From contig JBIJDH010000018.1 in assembly GCA_044344255.1 (NCBI GenBank), positions 96,001-160,000 of the forward strand: a stretch of DNA of 64,000 nucleotides. The letters run 5' to 3'. The position numbers were made by a program, and so were the translations under genes. Source of the DNA: Myxococcota bacterium (GTDB lineage: Bacteria > Myxococcota_A > UBA796 > UBA2385). Positions within the stretch are counted from its first letter, which is position 1. Every line of letters begins with the position of its first letter. Below the pieces are notes generated by a model. It had not been told where the DNA came from. It did not search any database and saw nothing but the letters and a program-made list of their open reading frames with translations. This document shows, one piece after another, positions 44,217-54,288 of the stretch.

Positions 44217-45958
44217 GGCAGGGTCCAGGCGAGCGTGGTGGGCTCATCGACGGCGGGCGGCCCGAGGGCGGCGTGGAGGCAGGCCAACACCCGGGGCTCG
44301 AGGGCGCAGGGGGGCTCGCGGTGCACCACTACGGCGCCGATGCCCATGAACACGAGCGCCTCCTTGAGCTTCTCCTCGCAGGCCGGGCCGCCCAGCAGGC
44401 GGTCGAGGGCGAGGACCAGCTCGGTCTCTCCGAAGTAGGCGCCGCGCGGGTTGAGGTTGTGGAGCAGGGGCCGGCCGTGGAGCAGCAGGCCGCTCATATA
44501 GTGCGGGGGCGCGGTCTCGCACTCCCGGCGGAAGGGCAGGGGCAGGTCGAGGGCGGGCGCGTCCGAACCCTGGAGCGCGGCCAGGCCGGGGTGGATGCTC
44601 AAGGCGCGGCTCGGCAGCGGCAGGGGGACGCCGGGCAGCGCGCTCGTCTCGACCCAGGCGGCGAGGCCCACCACCACGGTGAGCGCCGCCGCGCGGCCGC
44701 CACCCCGCGCCACGCCCGGCCGCTGCGGGAGGAGCCCCACGCCAGCCGCGGCCGAGAGGCCGACCACGGCGGCCACCACGAGCCGATAGGGGCTGCCGCT
44801 CGAGGCCGCCGAGCGGGACAGGCGCTCCACCAGGGCCCAGGGCATCCACCAGTCCTGCCCGCCGAGGCGCACCCGGTCGCCGAGGGAGAAGCAGAGGGCG
44901 GTGCCGATCACAACTCCGAGCGCGAGGCTTCGGCGGCCGCCGCGGAGGAGGCCCAGGCCGCCTGCGAGGAGGAGCGTCCAGCCGAGGTAGGGCACGTGGG
45001 CGGGGAGGATGGCGAAGCCCTGCGGCCCCACGGGCTGGAGCAGGGAGCGGGCGGAGGCCGAGGAGAGCAGGTTTGTCTGCGTGGCGCTCCAGCCCGACAC
45101 CTTCTCGGGGGGAGGGTCGATGTGGGCCCGCTCGGTCCCCGCCGCCCGGGCCTCCGCGCGGGGGCGGTAGAGGTTGGGCTCCGAGGAGAAGTTGGCGGCG
45201 TGGTATCGGTCGATCAGCAGGGTCGCGCCGATGGACAGGGCCCCCATCATGCCCCAGCGCAGCAGGCGACGGCGCGCGAGGCCGGGGAGGCGCGGCCCGG
45301 CGGGCCAGATCCCCTCGAGCGCGCGGCCGGCGCCGAGGCAGGCGAGGCCGAGCGCGGCGGCGAGGCCGAGGTTGGGGGCGGCGAGGCCGAGGCCGAGCAG
45401 CAGCAGCGGCGCCCCGAGGAGCCGATGCCCGGCCCGGCGCTCCCCGTGGAGGGCGGCCGCCCAGACCAGGGCCACGCCGCCGAGGAGGGCCTGCTCGAGC
45501 TGCCCATTCCCGAGGGTGACCCGGCTCCACATCGGCCAGGCGAGGAGTGCACCGGAGAGGGTCGCCCCCCAGGTGGAGGCGCCGAGGCTGCGGGCCAGCG
45601 CCGCTCCGCCGAGGGCCCCGAGCGCGGGGCAGAGGGCCCAGCCGAGGTTGAAGGCGAGGGCGGGCCCGACCACCACCGAGAGCAGCACCAGCGGCCACAA
45701 GAAGGGGCGCAGCATCACCCCCTCCGGCCAGCCGGCGAGGGCGCTGTGGAGGCCCCCGGCGCCGCCCTCGGTGAGCGCGCGGCGGGCCATCTCGGCGCCG
45801 ACGAGATGTCCGTCGGTGAAGGCGGTGTCGATCACCCGCGCCGTGGGGGCCGCCCACACGCCCGCGGTGACCGCGAGGCCGAGGGCGAGGGAGAGCAGGA
45901 GCAGCCCGCCGAGCGGCGCGCCGCGAGGCCCCGGGGCCGCGGGCTCGGCGCCGATCAG
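44213..45958 (-). CDS. Polytopic membrane protein, GT-C/YfhO-like; probable CTG start overlapping the PKS stop
   Basis: Multi-TM with FTDGHL, GQLEQ, YLGW, SPYRL, LDLP, HGRPLL; the first TM lies upstream of the first canonical start (GTG 45859). Confidence 0.65.
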   Translation of the reverse strand: MIGAEPAAPGPRGAPLGGLLLLSLALGLAVTAGVWAAPTARVIDTAFTDGHLVGAEMARRALTEGGAGGLHSALAGWPEGVMLRPFLWPLVLLSVVVGPALAFNLGWALCPALGALGGAALARSLGASTWGATLSGALLAWPMWSRVTLGNGQLEQALLGGVALVWAAALHGERRAGHRLLGAPLLLLGLGLAAPNLGLAAALGLACLGAGRALEGIWPAGPRLPGLARRRLLRWGMMGALSIGATLLIDRYHAANFSSEPNLYRPRAEARAAGTERAHIDPPPEKVSGWSATQTNLLSSASARSLLQPVGPQGFAILPAHVPYLGWTLLLAGGLGLLRGGRRSLALGVVIGTALCFSLGDRVRLGGQDWWMPWALVERLSRSAASSGSPYRLVVAAVVGLSAAAGVGLLPQRPGVARGGGRAAALTVVVGLAAWVETSALPGVPLPLPSRALSIHPGLAALQGSDAPALDLPLPFRRECETAPPHYMSGLLLHGRPLLHNLNPRGAYFGETELVLALDRLLGGPACEEKLKEALVFMGIGAVVVHREPPCALEPRVLACLHAALGPPAVDEPTTLAWTLP

Positions 45959-48900
45959 GCCGGGTCCGGTCGGCAGTGGGTCTCCACCCCCTCGAGGAGG
46001 GTGACGAGGCCGCCGTCGGGGTTGAAGAGGTAGAGGTCGGACAGGGTGCGCTTACGCCCCTGCTCCCGGCCCTGGACCACCGCTCGCATCCGGCCGACGG
46101 GCAGGCCGAAGCTGCGCACGGCCTGGATGTGGGTGGGCAGCGCCGCGCCGCCGATCATGTGCTTCGACCACAGGACGGCGAGCTGGAGCCCACCATCGAC
46201 CGCGGCGGGGTCGGTCTGGTAGGCGCCCTCGGCCCAGCCCACCTCGGCGCCGGGGGCGAGCTCACCCTCGATGCCCTGGTCGCTCACGCCGGCCATGTCG
46301 CGGATCACCTGGAAGCGCGGCCCGTGGAAGAGCACGTGCCCGTCGTAGATCTCACGCCCCGCCCAGGGCTCGAGCGCGAGCGCGGGGCCCCGCGGCCGCG
46401 CCGTGTCCGGCGGGTACTGGGTCATCTCGGCGGTGGCGCTGTACCGGAGCACCGAGTCCTCGCTGCGCAGCTTGAAGACCAGGATACAGCCGTCGCGGTT
46501 CGCGGTGTGGGTGACCTCGAGGCGGAGGCGCGCCGGCCGCGGGAGCGGGATGCCGCGGACCACGCGGACGTCGCGCAGGGCGGCGAGGTGGAGGTCGGGG
46601 CGGAAGGCGCCGGCGGCGCGGGCGAACCACTCGAGCACGAGCGCGACCGGGATCACGGGAAGGCCGTCGATAGCGTGGTCGAGCAGGAAGGGCAGGCGGT
46701 CGACGTCGACCTGGATGTCGTAGTCCTGCGCCGCCCGCGGCGCCGCGCCGCCGAAGCCCTCCCCGCCGAGCACGAGCTCCACCGAGGGGTCCCCCAGCGC
46801 GGCGACGAAGGCCTCGCCGCCGAGCGCCAGCGGCAGCATCGGCAGGCCGCGGGCGGCGAAGTGCCGCCGGAGGGCCGGGCTCACCATGCCGCCCTCCCAG
46901 GGCCCCCAGCCGAGGGCTGTCACCCGGCAGCCGGGGCGCCGCGCCTGCTCGGCGCGGGCGAGCTTGTTCAGGGCCTCGTTGGCCATCGCATAGTCGGCCT
47001 GCCCCTCGTTGCCGACGCGGGCCGCGACCGAGGTGAAGAAGCAGAGCACCTTGAGCGGGTCGCCGGCGGTGGCGGCGAGCAGGTTCTCCGCCCCGGTCAC
47101 CTTGGTCGACCACACGAGATCGAGCTGGGCCTGGGTCTTGTCTTCGAGGCGCTTGTCGGCGATGACACCGGCCCCGTGCACCACCGCGGCGATCGGCCCC
47201 CAGTGCTGGCGCAGGCCCTGCAGCGCGGCGGCCAGGGCGGTGTAGTCCGTCACGTCCTCGGCGAGGTAGCGCGCCTCGGAGCCCATGGTGACGAGCAGAT
47301 CGAGGGTGCGGCGGACCTCCCGCGCCGCCAGGATGGCGCTCACGGTGCGGCCGAGGGCGGCCGGAGAGGCCGCCGACGAGGCGAGGGCGCGCTTGAGGCC
47401 GGCCTCGTCGGAGACCCCCCAGGCGGCCGTCGGCTCGTGGACGAGCGGGCTGCGGCCGAGGAGGGCGAAGCGGTAGCTGCCCTGCGCGGCGAGCGCGAGG
47501 GCGCAGGCGGCCGTCACGCCGCGGGCCCCGCCGGTGATCAGCACCACGTCGCCGTCGGCGAGGGGGAGGGCCTCGGGGCCGGGGGCCGGGGTGGGTCGGT
47601 CGGCGAGGGTGAGGCGGCGGCCGTCGGCGGGCAGGCCGACCTCGCGCTCGGGGCCGCCGAAGACGAGCTCGTCGGCGAGGCGGCGGGCGAGGTCAGCGGG
47701 GGAGGCGCGGCCGGCGCGGAGCTCGGAGAGGCAGAGGTCGATCACCTTGACCGCGGCGCCGTCCCACTCGATCGCCGCGGTGCGGGCGAGGCCAGCGAGG
47801 CCGGCGAGGGTGGCGCGCCCGGCGGGGATGGGGAGCAGCCCGAAGCCGCCGCCGGTGTCCTGCACGGTGACGAGGCCGGTGGCCTTCCGTCGGGCGAGGG
47901 TCCGGGCGAGGGCCAGGGCCTCACCCATGACGGAGGCCGCGTCGGGATCGGGCCGCAGCCCGCCGAGGAAGACGGCGGCGTCGGCCTCAACGGCCTCCTC
48001 GACGATCTGGACCCCGGCATCCTTCAGGGCGAGCGCGAGGGGGCCGCGGAGGCCCTGCCCGTCGTCGCTGAGGTAGACCCGCCCGCCGAGCAGCCCGGCC
48101 CGGATGAGCCCGCTTGGCGGCGCTTCGTGGAGGCTGAGGGTGGTGCGGAAGACCGTGGGCGGCGCGTCGGGTTCGGCGCTCGGGGGCGACACCTTCGCGG
48201 TGGCCGGCGGCGCGGGCTGGCGCAGCAGCCCGTTGAGGTGGGCGGTGATGTGGCCGAGGGTGGAGAGCGCGGCGAGGTCGGCGCCGTCGATGTCGGGGAG
48301 GCCGGGGGCGCGCTCCTGGAGGGCGGAGAGGATCTCGACCCGCTTGATGGAGTCGATGCCGAGGTCGCCCTCGAGCTCCATGTCGAGGCGTAGCATCTCG
48401 GCGGGGTAGCCGGTCTTCTCCGCCACCACGCCGAGGAGGAGGCCCTCAAGGGCGGCCGTCGGGGCGGACGGGGGAGCGGTCGCGGGGGCCCCGCCGAGGG
48501 CGCCGAGGTGGCGCGTGATGTGGCCGAGGGTGGAGAGCCCGGCGAGCTCGGCGCCGTCGATGTCGGGGAGGCCGGGGGCGCGCTCCTGGAGGGCGGAGAG
48601 GATCTCGACACGCTTGATAGAGTCGATGCCGAGGTCACCCTCGAGCTCCATGTCGAGGCGCAGCATCTCGGCGGGGTAGCCGGTCTTCTCGGCCACGACC
48701 GCGAGCAGGAGCCCCTCGAGGGCGGCGCCGGCCGCAGGCGCGGCGGCGGCGGTGGCCGGGGTGGCGGCGGCGGGGCTCGCCTGTCCGAGGTGACCGAGGA
48801 TGGCGGCGAGGGTGTGGAGGCCGCCGAGCTCGGCGGCGTCGAGCTCGGGGAGGGAGGGGAGGCGCTCCTGGAGGGCGGAGAGGATCTCGACGCGCTTGAT

Positions 48901-51900
48901 GGAGTCGATGCCGAGGTCGCCCTCGAGCTCCATGTCGAGGCGCAACATCTCGGCGGGGTAGCCCGTCTTCTCCGCCACCACGGCGAGGAGCGCCTGGCCG
49001 AGGTCGGGCCCGGCGGCCGCCGGCTTGATCGGCGCGGCCGCCGGCTTGATCGGCGCGGTCGGCTGCTCCACCGGCGTGGCCGCCGGCTTGACCGGCGCGG
49101 TCGGCTGCTCCACCGGCGTGGCCGCCGGCTTGACCGGCGCGGTCGCCTTCGCCGCCGGCTCGGCCGTCATCACGAGGGGCGCGGCCGGCTGCATGACCGG
49201 CGCCGCCACCATCACGAGGGGCGCGGCGCTCGGCAGGGGCGCACCGCCGGCCATGCTGGCCATCGAGGCGAAGCCGACCTCGGAGGCGCGGAGGAAGGCC
49301 GTGTGGGCCTCCATCATCGCGGTCTGAAAGGCGGTGTGGGCGAGGGCGGTCTGGCGCTGGCTCTCTTGCAGGGCGGCGATCCAGGCGAGGCTCGACGACG
49401 ACGACGACGACGACGAGGCGGGGGCCGGCGCCGCGGCGGGGGCCAGCGGCGGGGCGGGCGGGGTCAAGGACATCGCGGTGCTCGGGGGCGTCGGTGGGGT
49501 CGGGGGCTTCGCAGGGAGCGCGGGCGCGGGCGGCTCGGCGGGCGGGGTCCGCCGGGGTGGGTTCGGGGGTGGCAGCGCCGCGGCGCCGCCCGGCGGCGGG
49601 TAGGGGTTGCCCACGTTGCCGCCGGTGATCGAGACGGCGAGCCGCGGCCCGACGCGGGTGGCGGGATCGACGGGCGCCCCGTACTCGGCGGTCAGCGCGG
49701 CGAGGTGGAGCGGGCGCCCGGCGGCGGCGAGCCGGCCGAGGCCGAGCCAGAGGGAGCGGGTTGAGTCGCGGCCCTTCTGGTCGAAGGAGAAGGCCTGGTG
49801 GGGGCTTCCCTCGAGGATGCGGCCGACGAGCCCGGTGAGCACGGAGCCCGGCCCCACCTCGACGAAGCAGCGCATCCCGTCTGCGTAGGCGCGGCGGATG
49901 AGCTCCACCCAGCGCACCGGCGCGGCGAGCTGCCCGGCGAGGGCGGCGGCCACGTCGTCGCCGTAGGGGGCGGCGGTCTCGTTCCGGTAGACGGGGATGG
50001 TCGGGGCGGAGAAGGCGCAGCCGGCGAGGTGGCGGGCGAAGGGCTCGACCGCCGCGGAGACCACCGGCGAGTGGAAGGCCGTCGCGACCGGCAGGCGCGT
50101 GAAGCGGAGCCCGGCCTCGCGGAGCGCGTCCTCGGCGGCGGCGATGGCCTCGGTGGGGCCGGAGAGCACGGTCTGGTCGGGCGCGTTGTCATTGGCCAGC
50201 ACGACGCCGAGCCCGCGCGTGGCGGCCTCGACCTCGGCGGCGCCGGCCACGACGGCGGTCATCGCCCCCGGCTGCCGAGCGGCCTCGGCCATCAGGGCCC
50301 CGCGGGCCCGGGCCACGTCGAGGGCGGCCTCGGCGCGGAGGGCGCCAGCGGCGTGCAGCGCCATCACCTCGCCGAAGCTGTGCCCCGCCGCGGCGTCTGG
50401 TCGCAGGCCCACCTGATCGAGCAGGGCGAGGAGGGAGAGGCTGTGGAGGCAAATCGCCGGCTGGGCGACGTCGGTGCGGCGGAGCGCGGCTTCGGCCTCG
50501 GCCTCGGCCTCGGGGCTGAAGCCGGGGCGCGGGAAGGTGGCCAGGTGGAGGCCGAGCCCGGCCGCGGCGTCCCAGGGGGCGCGGGCGGCCTCGAAGTGGG
50601 TGAGGAGGTCTCGGCCCATCTCGAGGTGCTGGCTGCCCTGCCCCGGGAAGAGGAAGCAGAGGCCGCCGGCGGCCGCGATCTCGGGGGGATCGAGGCGGAG
50701 GAAGAGGCCATCGGGCCGGTCGAGGGCCTGACCGGCCAGGGCGGCGACCGCGGCGGCCTCCAGCTTCTGGGCGAGCTCGGCCTCGTCTGCAGCCACCACC
50801 GCGAGGCGCGCCGCCCCGGGGAGCCAGTGTTGCTGCGTCTCGTCGGCGAGGGCGGCGAGCGCGCCGGGCTGCGTGCGGGCGGCGGCGGCGCGGGCGGCGC
50901 GGGCGAGGGCGGGCCCGTCCTCGGCGCTGAGCAGCACGAGCTCGGTGGGGAAGCTCCGCAGGCGCGGCGGGCGGGTCGCGCGCGGGCCGGTCCACTCCTC
51001 GAGGGCGACGTGGAAGTTGCTCCCCCCGAAGCCGAAGGCGCTCACCGAGGCCCGGCGGGGGTGGTCGGGGCCCCGCACCCAGGGGCGTAGGCGCGTGTTC
51101 AGGTAGAACGGGGAAGACTCGAGGCCCATCTTGCCGTTCGGGCGGCGCACCTTGATGGTGGGGGGGAGCACCTTGTGGTGCAGGGCCATCACCGCCTTGA
51201 AGAGGCTCGCGGCCCCTGCGGCGGCCTTGGTGTGGCCGATCTGCGACTTCACCGAGCCGAGCGCGCACCAGCCCCGGCCCTCGGGGGCCGCGGCGCTGAA
51301 GACGAGGCGCAGCCCCTCGAGCTCGGCGGCGTCGCCGGCCTTGGTGCCGGTGCCGTGGGCCTCGACCAGCTCGACGGTCTCGGGGCCGTAGCCGGCGGCC
51401 GCGTAGGCGCGGCGCAGGGCGTCGGCCTGCCCCTCGGGCCGCGGGGCGTAGACGCTCTTGGCGCGGCCGTCCGACGAGCTGCCGATGCCGCGCAGCACCG
51501 CGTAGATTCGGTCGCCGTCGCGCTCGGCGTCGGCGAGGCGCTTGAGCGCCACCATGCCCACGCCCTCACCGAGCAAGGTGCCGTCGGCGTCGTCGGAGAA
51601 GGGCCGGCAGTCGCCGCTCGGGGAGAGTGCGGGGGTCTTGCTGAAGCACATGAACATGAAGGGGTCGTTCATGGTGTCGGCCCCGCCCGTGATCACGAGG
51701 TCCGAAGAGCCGAGCTGGAGCTCGTGGACGGCCATCGTGACGGCCGACAAGGAGCTCGCGCAGGCGGCGTCGGTGACACAGTTGGTGCCCCCGAGATCGA
51801 GGCGGTTCGCCACCCGCCCTGCGATCACGTTGCCGAGCAGCCCCGGGAAGGTGGCCTCCTGCCAGGGCGTGTAGTGGGCGGCGATGCGGGTGCAGGCCTG

Positions 51901-52404
51901 CTGCACCTCGTCTTCCGGCAGCCCGCACTCCCGCAGCGCCTTGACCCAGACCGGCCGCTGCAGCCGGCTCACCATGTGGCCCATCAGCTCCTGGCTGGCC
52001 GTCGCGCCGAGGATCACGCTCGTGCGGCGCCGATCGGTGCCCGGGAAGGCGCGGAGCACCTCGTCGAGCACCCGCTGGGCGACGATGAGGGCCATGAGCT
52101 GCGTGGTGTCGGTGACCGGGAGGATGGAGGGCGGCAGGCCGAAGCCGAGCGCGTCGAAGTCGACCGGGCCGAGGAAGGCGCCCCGCTTGGCGTAGATGCG
52201 GTCGGGGGTGGCGGGGTCAGGGTCGTAGTAGTCCTCGACCAACCAGCGCTCTGGCGGGATGTCGGTGACGAGGTCGCGGCCGCCCAGGATGTCTCGCCAG
52301 AAGCCCCGGGCGTCCGAGGAGCCCGGGAAGATGCAGGAGGCGCCGACGACGGCGATAGGGACCGCGGCAGCAGCAGGGGGCGCGGGGCTCTTCGGGGGCA
52401 ACAT
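45955..52404 (-). CDS. pfaA: Iterative type I PKS, PfaA/Pfa2-like (KS-AT-ACPx3-KR-DH)
   Basis: KS DAACASS, EAHGTGT, KSQIGHTK; AT FPGQGSQ, GHSFG, TAFHS; three LGIDSIKRVEIL ACPs; KR GGARGVT and YAMAN; DH HAIDGLPVIP. Confidence 0.93.
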   Translation of the reverse strand: MLPPKSPAPPAAAAVPIAVVGASCIFPGSSDARGFWRDILGGRDLVTDIPPERWLVEDYYDPDPATPDRIYAKRGAFLGPVDFDALGFGLPPSILPVTDTTQLMALIVAQRVLDEVLRAFPGTDRRRTSVILGATASQELMGHMVSRLQRPVWVKALRECGLPEDEVQQACTRIAAHYTPWQEATFPGLLGNVIAGRVANRLDLGGTNCVTDAACASSLSAVTMAVHELQLGSSDLVITGGADTMNDPFMFMCFSKTPALSPSGDCRPFSDDADGTLLGEGVGMVALKRLADAERDGDRIYAVLRGIGSSSDGRAKSVYAPRPEGQADALRRAYAAAGYGPETVELVEAHGTGTKAGDAAELEGLRLVFSAAAPEGRGWCALGSVKSQIGHTKAAAGAASLFKAVMALHHKVLPPTIKVRRPNGKMGLESSPFYLNTRLRPWVRGPDHPRRASVSAFGFGGSNFHVALEEWTGPRATRPPRLRSFPTELVLLSAEDGPALARAARAAAARTQPGALAALADETQQHWLPGAARLAVVAADEAELAQKLEAAAVAALAGQALDRPDGLFLRLDPPEIAAAGGLCFLFPGQGSQHLEMGRDLLTHFEAARAPWDAAAGLGLHLATFPRPGFSPEAEAEAEAALRRTDVAQPAICLHSLSLLALLDQVGLRPDAAAGHSFGEVMALHAAGALRAEAALDVARARGALMAEAARQPGAMTAVVAGAAEVEAATRGLGVVLANDNAPDQTVLSGPTEAIAAAEDALREAGLRFTRLPVATAFHSPVVSAAVEPFARHLAGCAFSAPTIPVYRNETAAPYGDDVAAALAGQLAAPVRWVELIRRAYADGMRCFVEVGPGSVLTGLVGRILEGSPHQAFSFDQKGRDSTRSLWLGLGRLAAAGRPLHLAALTAEYGAPVDPATRVGPRLAVSITGGNVGNPYPPPGGAAALPPPNPPRRTPPAEPPAPALPAKPPTPPTPPSTAMSLTPPAPPLAPAAAPAPASSSSSSSSSLAWIAALQESQRQTALAHTAFQTAMMEAHTAFLRASEVGFASMASMAGGAPLPSAAPLVMVAAPVMQPAAPLVMTAEPAAKATAPVKPAATPVEQPTAPVKPAATPVEQPTAPIKPAAAPIKPAAAGPDLGQALLAVVAEKTGYPAEMLRLDMELEGDLGIDSIKRVEILSALQERLPSLPELDAAELGGLHTLAAILGHLGQASPAAATPATAAAAPAAGAALEGLLLAVVAEKTGYPAEMLRLDMELEGDLGIDSIKRVEILSALQERAPGLPDIDGAELAGLSTLGHITRHLGALGGAPATAPPSAPTAALEGLLLGVVAEKTGYPAEMLRLDMELEGDLGIDSIKRVEILSALQERAPGLPDIDGADLAALSTLGHITAHLNGLLRQPAPPATAKVSPPSAEPDAPPTVFRTTLSLHEAPPSGLIRAGLLGGRVYLSDDGQGLRGPLALALKDAGVQIVEEAVEADAAVFLGGLRPDPDAASVMGEALALARTLARRKATGLVTVQDTGGGFGLLPIPAGRATLAGLAGLARTAAIEWDGAAVKVIDLCLSELRAGRASPADLARRLADELVFGGPEREVGLPADGRRLTLADRPTPAPGPEALPLADGDVVLITGGARGVTAACALALAAQGSYRFALLGRSPLVHEPTAAWGVSDEAGLKRALASSAASPAALGRTVSAILAAREVRRTLDLLVTMGSEARYLAEDVTDYTALAAALQGLRQHWGPIAAVVHGAGVIADKRLEDKTQAQLDLVWSTKVTGAENLLAATAGDPLKVLCFFTSVAARVGNEGQADYAMANEALNKLARAEQARRPGCRVTALGWGPWEGGMVSPALRRHFAARGLPMLPLALGGEAFVAALGDPSVELVLGGEGFGGAAPRAAQDYDIQVDVDRLPFLLDHAIDGLPVIPVALVLEWFARAAGAFRPDLHLAALRDVRVVRGIPLPRPARLRLEVTHTANRDGCILVFKLRSEDSVLRYSATAEMTQYPPDTARPRGPALALEPWAGREIYDGHVLFHGPRFQVIRDMAGVSDQGIEGELAPGAEVGWAEGAYQTDPAAVDGGLQLAVLWSKHMIGGAALPTHIQAVRSFGLPVGRMRAVVQGREQGRKRTLSDLYLFNPDGGLVTLLEGVETHCRPDPA
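48237..48996 (-). repeat. Three near-identical tandem ACP-domain coding repeats
   Basis: VVAEKTGYPAEMLRLDMELEGDLGIDSIKRVEILSALQER occurs three times, with near-identical DNA. Boundaries approximate. Confidence 0.9.
49017..49143 (-). repeat. 42-bp / 21-bp tandem repeats in the PKS AT-ACP linker (TAPVKPAATPVEQP)
   Basis: Read directly from the DNA and the translation. Confidence 0.85.
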
Positions 52405-52566
52405 CGGCGTCTCGCCTTCCTGGGCTTGCCGCCTTACGAGCCGCCGGACCTCGGCCGCCGACGACGGGCTTCCGCCGGTCCGTCCTGGGACCGGGCGCGG
52501 CGGTCTAACCCGCCGCTGCGGGATGTCCGCCTGCTGCGGCGGGGCGGCTTCCGGCCTGCTCCCCGC

Positions 52567-54168
52567 TCAGTCGAGGGGCCGCGGGCGGAAGTCGAAGGCC
52601 GCGGCGGGCACCGGGAGGCCGTAGCTTCGGAGCTGCCCGGCGCGGGTGACCACGGCGGCGCCCTCGAGGAGGTTCTTGGCCACCTGCGTGACGGTGCGCT
52701 GCTCGGGGTCTTCGAGGAAGCTACCCTTCACCCAGGCGTTGAAGGCCCCCATCGCGGGGCCGCACCAGATCTGGTAGTCGAGGGCGCGGGCGGGGTCGCC
52801 GGTGATGGCCCAGCGGCTGGCGAGGCCGAGGTAGGCCCGGAAGACGAGGGCCATGCGCCGCCGAGGGTCACGGTCGCCGAGCTCGGCCTCCTTGGGGTCG
52901 CGGTCGAGCCAGAAGGCGCGGGTGCTCTGCCAGCGGCCCTCGAAGGTGTCTCCGAGGATGTCGCGCTCGACGCGGGCGCGGTCGGCGGCGGGGACCTCCT
53001 CCCAGGTGGCGTGGCGCTTGTAGAGCTCGGCGAGCCGCTTGCCGCGCTGGGCGAAGAAGGTGCCGCGGGAGAGCACCTGCACCTCGACCCCCTGCTCGAA
53101 CATGTCGGCGGCGGGGGCCATCACGACGTCGGCGATGCTGGCGCCGGCCAACATCTTGCGACCGGCCGGGCTGAGGCCCGACTCGACGCAGGCCTGGTTG
53201 ACGGAGCCCGTGAGCACGTAGGCGGCCCCGAGGGCGAAGGCCCCGGCCACCGAGGCGGGCGTGCCGAGGCCCCCGGCGGCGCCCACCCGGATCGGCCGCC
53301 GGTAGCCGCGGGCGACCGAGAGCTGGTCGCGCAGCAAGGAGATCGTGGGGAGCAGGGCGACGAGGGGCTGGTTGTCGGTGTGGCCGCCGGAGTCGGCCTC
53401 GACGGTGATGTCTTCGGCGACCGGGAGCGTGGCGGCGAGGGCGGCCTCCTCGGCGGAGAGGCGGCCTTGCTGGACGAGGGCCTGCAGCAGCTCGGCGGGG
53501 GCGGGCTCCATGAAGCGCCGCGCGACCTCGGGGCGGGAGATCTTGGCGAAGACGTGGTTACGCCGGTGGACCCGCCCGTCGGGCAGGGCGCGGAGCCCGG
53601 CCGCGGCGTAGTGAACGATGGCGGGGGTGAGCCCCATGTAGGCCGAGGCGCTCACGCGGGTGACGCCCTTGCGCACGTAGAGATCGGCCACCCGCGCCTC
53701 GAGGGCGGGCTCGTTCGGCGAGTGGATGAGGTTCGCCCCCCAGCTCGCGCCCGCGGGGTGGAGCGCGGCGTGGAGCTCCTCCACCCCCGCCTCGACCCGC
53801 TCGAAGGGCAGGCCCGCCGCGCCGAAGAAGCCGATGGCCCCCATGCGCGCCATCGCGATGACGAGGGCGGGCGTGGAGATGCCGTTGGCCATCGCGCCGG
53901 CGATATAGGGGAAGCGGGTGCGGTGGACCTCCTGGAAGCCGCGGTCGCCCAGCCACTCGGGGTAGATCGGCGGGAGCTGGGCGTGGGCCCCCGGGACGCG
54001 CCCAGCGGCGACGCCGCGGCGACCGTCTTCGCGGGTGAGGACCGACAGGGGCTCGCGCACCCGCTGAACATACGCGAGGACGCCGGCGGGCTCGAAGCCG
54101 TCGGGCTCCGGGGGCTCACCCGCGTCGTGGGCGGGCTCTGCGGGGGAGGGGAGCAGGGCGTGGGCCAC
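52567..54168 (-). CDS. pfaD: PfaD/Pfa1-family trans-acting enoyl reductase (FabK-like)
   Basis: LGDRGF, YIAGAMANGIS, NLIHSP, SASAYM, AKISRPEVA, EADSGGHTDN, GAAGGLGTP, TGSVNQ, APAADMFEQG, DYQIWCGPAMGAFN. Confidence 0.95.
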   Translation of the reverse strand: MAHALLPSPAEPAHDAGEPPEPDGFEPAGVLAYVQRVREPLSVLTREDGRRGVAAGRVPGAHAQLPPIYPEWLGDRGFQEVHRTRFPYIAGAMANGISTPALVIAMARMGAIGFFGAAGLPFERVEAGVEELHAALHPAGASWGANLIHSPNEPALEARVADLYVRKGVTRVSASAYMGLTPAIVHYAAAGLRALPDGRVHRRNHVFAKISRPEVARRFMEPAPAELLQALVQQGRLSAEEAALAATLPVAEDITVEADSGGHTDNQPLVALLPTISLLRDQLSVARGYRRPIRVGAAGGLGTPASVAGAFALGAAYVLTGSVNQACVESGLSPAGRKMLAGASIADVVMAPAADMFEQGVEVQVLSRGTFFAQRGKRLAELYKRHATWEEVPAADRARVERDILGDTFEGRWQSTRAFWLDRDPKEAELGDRDPRRRMALVFRAYLGLASRWAITGDPARALDYQIWCGPAMGAFNAWVKGSFLEDPEQRTVTQVAKNLLEGAAVVTRAGQLRSYGLPVPAAAFDFRPRPLD

Positions 54169-54288
54169 CGGGGACTCCTCGGGGCTCCCGCCCTGGGGAG
54201 CGCCCGCAACTTCGAAGACGGCAGAGGGGTGTCAGCAGGGGGTGACTTCAGGGGCTGGGGACGCGGCCGGGAGGGCCCGGCGGCGCGG

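Noticed and set aside
45955..52404. Enediyne PKS (PksE) or a complete PUFA synthase
   Set aside because: Three tandem ACPs, a PfaD partner and no C-terminal PPTase or adjacent thioesterase argue against PksE; no KS-CLF/FabA-DH gene is present for a complete PUFA synthase.
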